32,523 bases of DNA from a virus (IMGVR_UViG_3300042987_000227:1-32523), one strand, 5' to 3'; positions 16,596 to 26,812 are shown, counted from the first letter of the stretch. The notes: generated by a model from the letters alone, not told the origin. Made by a program: numbers and translations.

Positions 16596-19500
16596 CTAGT
16601 ACCCCTTATGTGGATGAAGAAGAACTGAAGCGTCTAGAAGCTGAAGCCCTTGCTGAAGAGCAGGCTTTACAACAGGCAGCTCCACAGACAATGTACAAGG
16701 AGGCTACACCAGCTGAGAACAAGGCAGCTGGTAATGTCCAACCTGTTAAGTCTCCCCAACAACAAGCAGTTCAACAGCTTACTGGTGGTGGTCAACAGCA
16801 ACAACAACAACCACTTAATCGTGGCAGTGGCTTTCTCTATGGTAGTGGTGACCCTAACGCTACCTTAGGTCAAGACATTGGCACCTATGCTCAACGTACC
16901 CTTGAGGGTCTTGGCTCCGTTGGTATGGGCATCATTGACTTTGGTATGGATGCCATTGGTCGTATTCCTGGTGCTGAGTGGATTGATGATGCATGGGATG
17001 CTAAAACAAAGTATAAGAATCCTGCCTTCCAAAAGGTAAGGGAAGTATCTTCTATTCTTGTACCAGCTATTGGTGTTGGTGCTGCATCACGTGTAGGTAC
17101 TGCTGGTATGGCTGGTAGTCCTGTTGCACGTGGTCTTTCTGCTCTTGGTATTAACGTTGCTGGTGATGTTGCTATCAACGCTATCAGTGACCAATCTGAA
17201 GGCGATACTGTATCGACGATTGTGAAAGAGGCTGCACCTTGGCTTCCTGTTCATGATGCTCTTGTGGTGAAGGACAGTGATCCGCCTGAGGTACGTCGAC
17301 AGAAAAACATCTACGAATCAGCTGGTATCAGTATCGTTGGTGACATCATTGGTTACTCTGCTGCTGCAGGTCGTGGAGTAATGGATTGGTTCAAGCCTAA
17401 TGACACAACGGCTAAGGAGTTCATGGCCTCCGAAATTCTTGTTAATGCTGATGCACCTACTGCTACTCGTTTGTCTGAGATTGATACAAAACGTATGGAG
17501 TTGCAACAGCAACTAGATCAGATAGCTGCTACTCCTGCTCTTGATCAAGAAACACTTAGGCAACAACTTGATATAATTGGTGAACTTGGTGCCCAAATTA
17601 AAGCCCTTGATAGCGAGTCTGGTAAGCTCATTCAACAATACACTAACACTGGTGCATCAGATCTCACTGAGAGCCCTCTAGAATCGTTTGTAGAGCGTCA
17701 ACAGATCAGTAGGGATACACAGGTAGATGAAGTAGGTAAGGGACGCCTTATGGACGATCCTGAAGGGGCTGGTGGTGTTGATCCTACGATTACTCCTACC
17801 ATGTTCCCTGAGGGTTCTACTGCTGCTCTTAGTATTCCTCCTGGTAATATCGCCCGTAACATGGCGGATACTACTGCTATCAAACTAGGCAATACTACTG
17901 GTACTCCTGCTCCTATCCTTTCTGAGCGTGCTTACCATGACCTCAGCAAAGGTAATACTGTGTCTCGTGGTATCATTGAAGATCTAGCTGAAGGTACTCG
18001 TGCTACTGGTAACTTTGATGCTATCGTTGATGGTTTCAGGTATACCAAGGCTCAGATGAGTGATCAGGCCTGGAAGATCTATAACGACATCATTGGTACT
18101 GATAAGGTATCTGACCTTAAAAAATTATTCCTTGATGCACGTGATGTAAAGCATTTGCTTGATGGACGGGCTATTAAGTACGTTAATGATATTCAAGCAG
18201 AAGCCATTGGTTATGCTATGCGTGACCTGACTGATCGGTATCTTGGTAAGGTTGTTACTGAGACCTCAGCTCGTGCTATGGATACCGTAGGACGTGAGGT
18301 GGCTGATATTGCTGAAGGTTATAAGGCATTCCCTGAGACTGCTGACCTTAGCCGTGTTACTGAGATGATCGGTGATCGATTAGCCTTCCTTATGGAAGAG
18401 TATGCTCTCAATAAGTACATCGCTGGTTGGGCACTTAAGAACCAAGATCGTTGGCAGAAGTTCCTTAAGGAATCACCTGATAAGGAAGGTGCTCTCAAAC
18501 AGATCACTGAACAGTTTGACCTTAAGGTACAAGAGAAACATGCTCAGGCACAAGGCTATCGGGATATGATCCGTAGGATTGCTACTGAACGTCCTGAGGC
18601 TGCACAACCTTTGATTGATGCCTTCGCATTGTCTAAGGGTGATGTGGATACCCTTGATAAGCTGATGAAGTGGGCTGCTAAGCAAGTAAGCCCTATGGGT
18701 CTTATTTATAGCCCTGATGGAAACCTTAATGCCTTTGCACAAGGTGCATGGTCGGTACGTTACAACAACATGTTGTCCGGTATCTCTGCACTTAAAGCTA
18801 TTACTGGTAACACAGTGTCCCTTACTCTTCGTACTAGTAATGCCTTCCTAGGTACTGGTATTGGTATGTTGATGGGTAAGAACACTCCAGAAGATCTCCG
18901 TAAAGCTACCTATGTCTATGGTTCCTGGTGGACTGTTAACAAGCGTGCTATGAGTGATGCTTGGGATACATTCAAGCGTACTTGGAATAATGGTAAGTGG
19001 GGTAATGATGCTAGTATGGACTTCCGAGAGCTTGCTCGTGAAGACCTTGTAACTGATTATAACCCGAACCTTTGGGACGCCCTTGCTGACATGGAAGCTG
19101 TGTGGGAGAAGGATGGTAACTGGGGTCAGTTGTTTCAGTATCGTTCCGCTAGGTTCCTGTATGACCTTGGTAACTGGCGCTGGTTTAAGTATGGTACTAA
19201 TGCAATGATTAGTGCTGATGCTTATGTACAGACTACTGTAGCCTCTCAGATGGCTCGTTCTAGAGCTTGGGATGAGGTATTCAGCATTGGTTACAAAGGC
19301 AATGAACTTGCTCAGCAATTAGCTAAGGCAGAGAAGATTGCATATAGTGAATCCTTCGATGCTATGGGTAACTTGACTGATGCTGCTGCTAAAAACGCTG
19401 CAGGTGAGATTGCACTTAACTTGAGTGATGATGTTTCTGCCACTATTACTCGTGGTGTTAATAAACTTCCTTTACTCAAGGGATTCTTTGCATTCCCTAA

Positions 19501-20782
19501 GACAGGTGTCAATGGTGTGAAAACGGCTATGTCCTATACACCTATTGCTACCCTCCCAGGTATGAATAAGTACAGTAAGGTACTTATGGCAGGCGATGAT
19601 ATTGATAAGATCAAAGATGCCCTTATGGATCATAACATTGCCTATAATGCCGTTCCTAATGGTATGGCTATCTTTAAGGGTCTTGAAGCTGAGTATCGTG
19701 GTCGTATAGCTTTTAGTGCACTGCTCACTACCTCTATGATGGGCTATGCTTTGGGTGGTAACATCCGTGGCAATGGTCCTGTTAATGCAGGTGAACGCAA
19801 GAAGCTTCGCGATAACTTTAACTGGCAACCTAAAACCATTAACATTGCTGGTAAGTGGGTTAGCTATGCTGGTTATGAACCGCTTGATACTATCTTGACT
19901 CTTGTTGGTGACCTTGCTTACTACTCTCGTGATATCGGTTCTACTCTTACTGAGAACTTTAGGGATAAACTGATGTGGACACTATCGGCTACGTTTGTCA
20001 ATAAGACATGGGTGGCTGGTCTTGAGCCTCTTGTAGCAATGGCTAATGTTGATGAAACGGCTATTAATCGTTACCTTGCTAATGAAGCACGTGCCTACAT
20101 TCCTCAATCAGGTGCTCTCAGTGTTGTCTCTAATGCCATCACTAGTTCACAGAAGGATATTTATAATGATTTGATTGGTTACGTTAAGAATAAGGTGCCT
20201 GGCTTCTCCAGTCAACTACCCGAACAGATTGATATCTACACTGGTAAACCTCTTAATGACATTGACAATCCTGTACTACGTACTCTTAATGCTGTTAATC
20301 CAGTTAAGATCAGTGAAGGTACTGAGCCTTGGCGTCAGTGGTTGATTGATAGTGGTTGGGATGGTGTGCAGATGATTCGTAAGGACAGCACTGGTAACCA
20401 CGAATACACACCACAGGAACGTGAAGTGCTTTATCGATACATCGGTGAGCAGCAACTGTGGAAACAATTCGACAAACTCAGCAAGAACAAGAAGTACAAC
20501 GATCAACTGGATCGTATTCGTGCTATGCGTGTTCAAGGTCGCCCCTCTGAAGAGATTCAAGCCGCTCAAAGTGAAGTCTATTCAGTGATGAATGACATCA
20601 TGTCTCAAGCTCAAAAGGCAGCTGAGCTTCGTATGCAGCAAGAAAATGAACCGATGTGGCGTTCTATTCAAGAATCCCTGACCAATAAGAACCTTATGAA
20701 GCAGGGTCGTATTGATGACGCTGCCAGGGCTGCTGATCGTCGTAAAGCAGAGATTGAACGACTAACCCAAATGTACCGATAA
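16592..20782 (+). CDS. Large internal virion protein, gp16-like
   Basis: 1396 aa, helical, between gp15 and the tail fibre; FAFPKTGVN, WQPKTI and WVSYAGYEPL motifs. Confidence 0.85.
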   Translation: MTSTPYVDEEELKRLEAEALAEEQALQQAAPQTMYKEATPAENKAAGNVQPVKSPQQQAVQQLTGGGQQQQQQPLNRGSGFLYGSGDPNATLGQDIGTYAQRTLEGLGSVGMGIIDFGMDAIGRIPGAEWIDDAWDAKTKYKNPAFQKVREVSSILVPAIGVGAASRVGTAGMAGSPVARGLSALGINVAGDVAINAISDQSEGDTVSTIVKEAAPWLPVHDALVVKDSDPPEVRRQKNIYESAGISIVGDIIGYSAAAGRGVMDWFKPNDTTAKEFMASEILVNADAPTATRLSEIDTKRMELQQQLDQIAATPALDQETLRQQLDIIGELGAQIKALDSESGKLIQQYTNTGASDLTESPLESFVERQQISRDTQVDEVGKGRLMDDPEGAGGVDPTITPTMFPEGSTAALSIPPGNIARNMADTTAIKLGNTTGTPAPILSERAYHDLSKGNTVSRGIIEDLAEGTRATGNFDAIVDGFRYTKAQMSDQAWKIYNDIIGTDKVSDLKKLFLDARDVKHLLDGRAIKYVNDIQAEAIGYAMRDLTDRYLGKVVTETSARAMDTVGREVADIAEGYKAFPETADLSRVTEMIGDRLAFLMEEYALNKYIAGWALKNQDRWQKFLKESPDKEGALKQITEQFDLKVQEKHAQAQGYRDMIRRIATERPEAAQPLIDAFALSKGDVDTLDKLMKWAAKQVSPMGLIYSPDGNLNAFAQGAWSVRYNNMLSGISALKAITGNTVSLTLRTSNAFLGTGIGMLMGKNTPEDLRKATYVYGSWWTVNKRAMSDAWDTFKRTWNNGKWGNDASMDFRELAREDLVTDYNPNLWDALADMEAVWEKDGNWGQLFQYRSARFLYDLGNWRWFKYGTNAMISADAYVQTTVASQMARSRAWDEVFSIGYKGNELAQQLAKAEKIAYSESFDAMGNLTDAAAKNAAGEIALNLSDDVSATITRGVNKLPLLKGFFAFPKTGVNGVKTAMSYTPIATLPGMNKYSKVLMAGDDIDKIKDALMDHNIAYNAVPNGMAIFKGLEAEYRGRIAFSALLTTSMMGYALGGNIRGNGPVNAGERKKLRDNFNWQPKTINIAGKWVSYAGYEPLDTILTLVGDLAYYSRDIGSTLTENFRDKLMWTLSATFVNKTWVAGLEPLVAMANVDETAINRYLANEARAYIPQSGALSVVSNAITSSQKDIYNDLIGYVKNKVPGFSSQLPEQIDIYTGKPLNDIDNPVLRTLNAVNPVKISEGTEPWRQWLIDSGWDGVQMIRKDSTGNHEYTPQEREVLYRYIGEQQLWKQFDKLSKNKKYNDQLDRIRAMRVQGRPSEEIQAAQSEVYSVMNDIMSQAQKAAELRMQQENEPMWRSIQESLTNKNLMKQGRIDDAARAADRRKAEIERLTQMYR

Positions 20783-20788
20783 CCTTAA

Positions 20789-23173
20789 ATGGCAACTACA
20801 CAAAATACATTCAATGGTAATGGGTCCAATTTGGGACCCTTTTCTTTTACCTTTAAGTGGCTTGAGTCTACTGATATCAAAGTGACTGTTGGTGGTGTAC
20901 TGAAAACTGCTGGTACTCACTACAACCTACAAGGACTTAACTACACAACTAAGACTGGTGGTCAGGTCCTGTTTACTGCAGGTAACGCACCACCAGTTGG
21001 TACAGGTAATGTTCGTGTCTACCGTGACACTGATGATGACGTACTTTCTGCTACGTTCTCCTCTGGTTCTGCTATTCGAGCTAAGGATCTAAACGATAAC
21101 TTTACTCAGAACCTATACGTTACACAAGAAGTCAACAACAACGCTGTTAACATTGATGGCTCCAACCCTATGGTTGGTGACTTGAATCTTGGTGGCTACA
21201 AAATTACTAATCTTGCTACTCCAGTCGCTGGTACAGATGCTGCTAATCGTAGTTTTGTAGAGGGTGTTTTCTCTTCAGAAGTTCCAGTCTTTTACCGTCG
21301 TTGGTCTAAGACTGCAGCTGGTGGCGAGACAAGTCTTAGTGGAAATGACGACAACGGCATTACTCTATCGTATGTACCTGGATCTGAAAAGGTATTTATT
21401 AATGGCGCTCTACAGGTTAGAGGTGTCGATTATTCAGGTACTACTGGAGCAACGCTTACTAGTATCCCTGCTTTGACTGCTGGTGATATTGTTGAAGTTC
21501 ATAGTTCTTCTAGCTATACCGTAGGAACTGTTCCTGATGGCAGTGTTACCAACGCTAAGGTAGATGGTGGAGCAGCAATTCAATCCACTAAACTTGCATT
21601 CATTCAAAGTGGTTCCGGTGCAGCCACACGGACAGTAGCAGCGAAGCTTGCTGATGTTGTCAGCGTTAAGGACTTCGGTGCAGTCGGTGATGGTGTGACG
21701 GATGATACGGCTGAGTTTAACCTTGCTGCTGCTACAGGTAAAACAGTACACGTCCCAGCTGGCAACTATTTGATCACCGCACCAACAGCTGTGGCTAGCT
21801 GGGTGCTAGATGATGGAGCCTACATTTCTGGTCTTCCTGACATCGACCCTGGTCCCGGCGGCGGTGCTCTAAACGATACCAGCAGGCTGACAGGTAGAAT
21901 TCTGAATTTAACAAACATCCCTGGTTACACAGGTATCCGTGTAGGAGCAAGTGAGCCTTGGATGGAGAAAGTCCGTGACTACACGGAGTCAATCGCAGAG
22001 GTTTCGGTAACCAGCGCCACGGGTCAGATTGCACTGCTAGGAGCCTCTAGAACGGGTGACAATACAGCCGCTAACTTTGCTGGCATTGGCATTGCAGGGT
22101 ACGGAATCAACACAAATGTCACCAACCCTGAACCGTCTTGGGCGGCATATCTTGAGAGCCGCAGGGAATCAGGAACTGGACCGGCGCTTGGTGCTGAGAT
22201 TGACATTTATAGTGCAACTTCCCCGTACTCCCTGGATCCATACCAGAGTTTTACGTCGTCTACTGGTCATGCCGTAAACCTTTGGCTCACATCTGGTGGA
22301 GGCGGAACACCAGCAGGATTAGATATTTCTGCAGGCATTGTTTTCCATCCAAATCCTGCAAAGTTCTATCGAGGAATTGTCTTTCGATCTGGAGCACTTG
22401 ATCCTACATTTAACGAGGCAGTTTCGTTGCCGAGTGGTGCAAATATCGGCTGGTATTCAGGTGCGGCTACTCGTACTTCGTTCTTGAATGATAAAGAGTT
22501 GAGGCTTGAATACAGTTCTGACTCTCTGAACCCAATCTTCAACTTTGTCAGAAAGCGCACTTCTGCTGGGGCATCTCAGAACCTTGATACTATTCATATT
22601 TCGTACTTCAAGGGGTGGACCGGCTCAGCCGAATACACTGCTGGATTTACAAAATTTCTGCAGCGAGGCGACTTCTCTGGTGGTAACGCACGCTTTAGCT
22701 ACGATATTCAAACAAAGAACTCTGATGGTTCAGACTGCCAAGTAACACTTAACGGGCAAGGAAATAACACATTTGCTCCTGGCTCCGACAATACTGTGTC
22801 ACTAGGTACTGGAGGTCAGAGGTGGTCCGTCGTCTACGCAGGTACTGGCACGATTAACACGTCAGACGAGCGAGAAAAGCAAGACATTGAAGCCTTAAGT
22901 GATGCCGAGTGTCGCGTCGCTGCAGCGCTTAAGGGTCTAATCAAGAGGTTCCGCTTCAAAGACGCTGTTCAAACAAAAGGTGATGATGCTCGCATCCACG
23001 TTGGTGTTATCGCTCAGGATGTGATTGCTGCCTTCCAAGCTGAAGGTCTCGATCCTATGCGTTATGGCATTGTCTGTTACGACCAGTGGGACGCTACCGA
23101 CAATGCACCGGCAGGTGACCGCTATGGCGTCCGATACGAAGAACTGCTTGCATTTATCATTGCAGCCCTATGA
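20789..23173 (+). CDS. Tail fibre/spike, T7 gp17-like N-terminus with C-terminal intramolecular chaperone (Peptidase S74-like)
   Basis: N-terminal FSFTFKWLESTDIKV...AKDLNDNFTQNLYVTQE; VSVKDFGAVGDGVTDDT; C-terminal TSDEREK...HVGVIAQDV...YGVRYEELLAF. Confidence 0.92.
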   Translation: MATTQNTFNGNGSNLGPFSFTFKWLESTDIKVTVGGVLKTAGTHYNLQGLNYTTKTGGQVLFTAGNAPPVGTGNVRVYRDTDDDVLSATFSSGSAIRAKDLNDNFTQNLYVTQEVNNNAVNIDGSNPMVGDLNLGGYKITNLATPVAGTDAANRSFVEGVFSSEVPVFYRRWSKTAAGGETSLSGNDDNGITLSYVPGSEKVFINGALQVRGVDYSGTTGATLTSIPALTAGDIVEVHSSSSYTVGTVPDGSVTNAKVDGGAAIQSTKLAFIQSGSGAATRTVAAKLADVVSVKDFGAVGDGVTDDTAEFNLAAATGKTVHVPAGNYLITAPTAVASWVLDDGAYISGLPDIDPGPGGGALNDTSRLTGRILNLTNIPGYTGIRVGASEPWMEKVRDYTESIAEVSVTSATGQIALLGASRTGDNTAANFAGIGIAGYGINTNVTNPEPSWAAYLESRRESGTGPALGAEIDIYSATSPYSLDPYQSFTSSTGHAVNLWLTSGGGGTPAGLDISAGIVFHPNPAKFYRGIVFRSGALDPTFNEAVSLPSGANIGWYSGAATRTSFLNDKELRLEYSSDSLNPIFNFVRKRTSAGASQNLDTIHISYFKGWTGSAEYTAGFTKFLQRGDFSGGNARFSYDIQTKNSDGSDCQVTLNGQGNNTFAPGSDNTVSLGTGGQRWSVVYAGTGTINTSDEREKQDIEALSDAECRVAAALKGLIKRFRFKDAVQTKGDDARIHVGVIAQDVIAAFQAEGLDPMRYGIVCYDQWDATDNAPAGDRYGVRYEELLAFIIAAL

Positions 23174-23195
23174 CAAAAACACGTGATAACAAACC

Positions 23196-23402
23196 ATGAT
23201 CACCATCCTCGGCATCAAAGTGTCCTATGAGACGCTTGCTTTTTTCATCCTTTTCATTTCTTCTGAATACCTCGGTATGACTAAGAAGCGGCGCTCTAAC
23301 AGCGTTACTCAAGCCATTACTATGGCTGCTGCTTATTTCAGCAAAACACGTACTGAAGATGACACAGTACGTCGTATCCGTCGAACCTTTAGAGGAAAGT
23401 AA
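23196..23402 (+). CDS. Small membrane protein, holin candidate
   Basis: 68 aa with one hydrophobic stretch (TLAFFILFISSEYLG) and a basic tail; directly upstream of the endolysin. Confidence 0.55.
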   Translation: MITILGIKVSYETLAFFILFISSEYLGMTKKRRSNSVTQAITMAAAYFSKTRTEDDTVRRIRRTFRGK

Positions 23403-23407
23403 TTATC

Positions 23408-24376
23408 ATGGTATTACTGCAAGTTAAGCAGTACTACCCCCAAACAGATAGTGCAACAGGTCATGGAGATCGGATGTGCTTTAGCTCTACATGTGCTATG
23501 GCCGTCAAGTATCTCCTGCCTAATGCGCTGAAGGGTAGTAATGCAGATGATGACTACCTCCGTACAGTCCTTAAGTACGGTGACACAACTTCCTCTACAA
23601 GTCAAATAAAAGCCTGTCAGCAATATGGTGTATTTGCTACCTTCTACCAAAAGGGTACAAGACAGGATCTACTTAATGAACTTAAGGCTGGTTACCCAGT
23701 GGCTACAGGTATCCTCCATAAGGGACATGTTTCCAATCCTATTGGTGGTGGTCACTGGATGCTTCTCATTGGTGATGAAGGAGAGCATGGTGTCTTCCAT
23801 GATCCATACGGTGAGATGGATAACGTCAACGGTGGTTATGTCACTATTGGTAGTGGAGGACAAAGTGTCAAGTACTCTTGGAAGAACTGGCTACCTCGTT
23901 GGGAAGTAGAAGGTCAAGGTACTGGCTGGTTTATGACCTTCCGACCTACCGCTACACCACAACCCTTAGCTCCCGTAGAAAACACCTGGAAGGGGGTTAA
24001 AGCTGCTGCTGAGCGTGCAGGGGCTAAGTTCCCGCAAGTTGTAGCGGCTCAGTGGGCATTGGAGAGCGGCTATGGCAAGCATACCTCTGGTAAGAACAAC
24101 TTCTTTGGCCTTAAAGGCTCTGGTACCGACCACGAAACCAAGGAGTTTCTCAATGGCCAATGGGTTACTATTAGAGCTGGGTTCATCGATTTCCCTGACT
24201 TGCAATCCTGTGTGTCGTACTTGGTGCAACGCTGGTACAAAGACTACAAGAACTATAAGGGAGTCAATCGAGCATCTTCTGCGGAAGAGTGCTGCAGACT
24301 TCTAGTTCAAGAGCGATACGCCACCGATCCTCAATACGCCGAAAAACTAATCCGACTAATGAGGGACAATGCCTAG
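23408..24376 (+). CDS. Endolysin: C39-like cysteine peptidase plus GH73 glucosaminidase-like domain
   Basis: CFSSTCAM, GGHW and HDPYG give a Cys-His-Asp triad; after a Pro linker, AAQWALESGYG...NNFFGLKG...YATDPQYAEKL. Confidence 0.9.
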   Translation: MVLLQVKQYYPQTDSATGHGDRMCFSSTCAMAVKYLLPNALKGSNADDDYLRTVLKYGDTTSSTSQIKACQQYGVFATFYQKGTRQDLLNELKAGYPVATGILHKGHVSNPIGGGHWMLLIGDEGEHGVFHDPYGEMDNVNGGYVTIGSGGQSVKYSWKNWLPRWEVEGQGTGWFMTFRPTATPQPLAPVENTWKGVKAAAERAGAKFPQVVAAQWALESGYGKHTSGKNNFFGLKGSGTDHETKEFLNGQWVTIRAGFIDFPDLQSCVSYLVQRWYKDYKNYKGVNRASSAEECCRLLVQERYATDPQYAEKLIRLMRDNA

Positions 24377-24773
24377 CACTACTTACAATATCACACCTGG
24401 TATGTTCTCACGAGAACTACCTGTAACAACTCAAGCACATTTCAAAAGCTCTACAGCTGGTACTAACTCTACGTTAATTAGAGGTAGTGCTGGTTCCGTC
24501 TTTAATATCATCGTACACAACACTCATGGTGGTGGAGGAGGTGGTAGTGCTATAACACTCAGGTTCTACGACAAAACTACAACTCCTGTTGTAGGTACAG
24601 ATGTGCCTATGATCATCATTCATATAGGATCTGGTACCTCTAAAGAGCTTAACTTTACTAGTGGCATTACCTTTAAGAATGGTATAGCTTATTCTATTAC
24701 GGCTGGTGATACCTTGATGGATGCAACTGCTGTCGATGCTGATGGAGTTCAATTATACATCGGGTACATCTAA
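24369..24773 (+). CDS. Hypothetical beta-rich protein
   Basis: 134 aa, overlap-coupled to both neighbours; LRFYDK...PVVGTDVP...GITFKNGIAY. Confidence 0.65.
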   Translation: MPSTTYNITPGMFSRELPVTTQAHFKSSTAGTNSTLIRGSAGSVFNIIVHNTHGGGGGGSAITLRFYDKTTTPVVGTDVPMIIIHIGSGTSKELNFTSGITFKNGIAYSITAGDTLMDATAVDADGVQLYIGYI

Positions 24774-25018
24774 TGATTGAAACTGCTATTGCTGGAGCTA
24801 TTTCTCTAGTCATTGGTATTAGTGGTGGTGTACTTGCTGTTAGTTCTAAATCTAATTCACGTATGGATGACATCGATAAACGTATTGACTCCATTGAACT
24901 AAGATTTACCGAAAAGTACGTACCACGTCAAGAACTAGCCACTGCCTTACAAAAGATGGAGGATCACATGATCCGCATCGAGAATAAACTAGATCAGATT
25001 GTACTGAGAAATGGCTAA
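24773..25018 (+). CDS. Membrane-anchored coiled-coil protein (lysis-associated candidate)
   Basis: N-terminal TM (IAGAISLVIGISGGVLAV) then heptad coil ending RIENKLD. Confidence 0.65.
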   Translation: MIETAIAGAISLVIGISGGVLAVSSKSNSRMDDIDKRIDSIELRFTEKYVPRQELATALQKMEDHMIRIENKLDQIVLRNG

Positions 25019-25262
25019 CAAGAAAGCAACGGAAGACATGTTCAATGAACTCCATAACATGGTTACTCAAGAGCTACTGAACCGAATCAAGAGTGGTGAA
25101 GCCTCCACTGCTGATCTAAAGGCAGCTTGTGATTGGCTATCCAAGAACGATATCAGTGGTGTCGCCTATGATGGCAACCCTCTTGATAAACTTGCCACCA
25201 TTATGCCTAAGGTAGATCCTGAACTTATCCAAAAGAGGTTATATGGCAAGTCGTACGTCTAA
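25011..25262 (+). CDS. Terminase small subunit, T7 gp18-like
   Basis: KATEDMFNELH...LLNRIKSGEASTADLKAACDWLSKNDI motif typical of cyanopodovirus DNA maturase A. Confidence 0.88.
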   Translation: MANKKATEDMFNELHNMVTQELLNRIKSGEASTADLKAACDWLSKNDISGVAYDGNPLDKLATIMPKVDPELIQKRLYGKSYV

Positions 25263-25497
25263 CTATTACAAGAATAACCCTAAAGCTAAGGCTAAGCGTC
25301 TTAAGCAACAAGCTGAATACAACAAAACAAAAGAGGGTCTCAAGATCCGTACTAATGCCAATAAGCTAAACCGTAAGCTGGGTACTTATGGTAATGGTGA
25401 TGGTATGGATGCTTCCCATACAGGTCCCAATAAAGGCAAGTTAGAGTCCCCTAAAGCTAACCGTACCCGCCCACGTAAGGGCAAGAAGTATGGCTGA
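25243..25497 (+). CDS. Small basic protein, degenerate HNH-like
   Basis: 84 aa; GNGDGMDASHT...ESPKANRTR resembles a shortened beta-beta-alpha motif. Confidence 0.6.
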   Translation: MASRTSNYYKNNPKAKAKRLKQQAEYNKTKEGLKIRTNANKLNRKLGTYGNGDGMDASHTGPNKGKLESPKANRTRPRKGKKYG

Positions 25498-26095
25498 TCC
25501 ATTAAAGATTAAACCGTCTCCGCAGATTGCACGTACCATCAAACTCCTTACTGACGGTACTATGTCTAAGTGGAGTAATGGTCGTATTCCTAAATTAACA
25601 AGGGAACAAGCCATTGGGTTTACTGCTAATTTAATACAAGAGACTGGCTCTGCTGACCTTAGCAACCTTGATGTAGTTGAACAAGGTAGCGCTAAGGGAC
25701 GAGGTATTGGGCAGTTTACTGGTGCAAGGCGACAAGCTTATGATCAATGGGCTAGTCGTTATCCCAATAGGAATAACCCTGATGCTCAACTGCAATACGT
25801 TGCTAAAGAATATCGTGGTGACTTTGACCCTAATGGTAATTCACTTGTAGGGTATACGAGATCCTTTGAGCAAACTCCTAAGGGAATCTCCCCTCAAGAT
25901 GCTGCTTTGTACTTTAGTCGTACATACTTTAGACCTGGTGAGCCTCACAATGAACGTAGGGTTGACTACGCTAGACAGTTAGACCAGGCTTACCCTATTG
26001 CTGCACCCAAACCTAAACCGATGCCTAAGCCACAGACTGCCTTAAAGAAACAGTCTCCACTAAAGATTTTCGGCATTACCCTTCCATTCCAGTAA
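25490..26095 (+). CDS. Phage tail lysozyme-like (Phage_lysozyme2) protein
   Basis: QAIGFTANLIQETG, GRGIGQFTGARR, AQLQYV, YFRPG...RRVDYA; Pro/Lys-rich tail. Confidence 0.82.
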   Translation: MADPLKIKPSPQIARTIKLLTDGTMSKWSNGRIPKLTREQAIGFTANLIQETGSADLSNLDVVEQGSAKGRGIGQFTGARRQAYDQWASRYPNRNNPDAQLQYVAKEYRGDFDPNGNSLVGYTRSFEQTPKGISPQDAALYFSRTYFRPGEPHNERRVDYARQLDQAYPIAAPKPKPMPKPQTALKKQSPLKIFGITLPFQ

Positions 26096-26096
26096 T

Positions 26097-26423
26097 GTGA
26101 CACCGCTATTTCCTAGTCCTGATCACTACCTCCACAACCTAATAACGATGACAAGCTCTGAAGCAAAAAGGCTACACCGTCGTGCAATTAAGGAATACTT
26201 TAATTGTCAATGCGTCTACTGCGGAGAAACTTATGAACTACATGAACTTACACTTGACCACGTTCGCCCTAAGTGTCTTGGTGGCGAAGACCTTACTTCA
26301 AATTTGGTACCCAGCTGTAGGAAATGCAATCAGGCTAAAGGAAGTAGCAATTGGCTACAATGGATGAGGGACACATTTGGTCCTACCAATAGGGAAACAT
26401 TAATTCTATCACACATTCGTTAA
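26097..26423 (+). CDS. HNH endonuclease
   Basis: CVYCG...TLDHVRPKCLGG...NLVPSCRKCNQAKG; GTG start. Confidence 0.93.
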   Translation: MTPLFPSPDHYLHNLITMTSSEAKRLHRRAIKEYFNCQCVYCGETYELHELTLDHVRPKCLGGEDLTSNLVPSCRKCNQAKGSSNWLQWMRDTFGPTNRETLILSHIR

Positions 26424-26425
26424 TT

Positions 26426-26809
26426 ATGGACAAAAAGAAAACACTTAAAGAGATGCGAGAAGAGATCAAGCAAATGGTCGAGGCATCTCAGCGTCGTCAA
26501 AAGGGACAAAAAGTAACGTCTGAAGACATTAAGACTAACCCTATTGGTACACGTGCTAAGTCAGTTAAAGCGGAGAACTTCCGTACTGATGTTGATACTG
26601 GAATGAAAGCTCAAAAGGCTAAGGACTATAGCAAAAAGAAAACCTCTGGTACCTACATGGACGCTAATGACAAGCCTAATCCTCCAAAGGCTAAAAGGGA
26701 CGATAAGCCTCGTCAACGTCCTGGTGCTGGCCGTGAAGCAATGATGGCTAAGATGGAAGAGGAGCGTAAGCGTCGTATGCGTGGTGAGTCTTCTGTTGTT
26801 GGGAGCTGA
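26426..26809 (+). CDS. Lys/Arg-rich hypothetical protein
   Basis: 127 aa, highly charged, tightly packed between neighbours. Confidence 0.65.
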   Translation: MDKKKTLKEMREEIKQMVEASQRRQKGQKVTSEDIKTNPIGTRAKSVKAENFRTDVDTGMKAQKAKDYSKKKTSGTYMDANDKPNPPKAKRDDKPRQRPGAGREAMMAKMEEERKRRMRGESSVVGS

Positions 26810-26812
26810 TTG

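Noticed and set aside
16770-16812. CAA/CAG run encoding poly-Gln in the gp16-like gene as a contingency locus
   Set aside because: Short, in-frame, mixed codons within a disordered N-terminus; no sign of phase variation.
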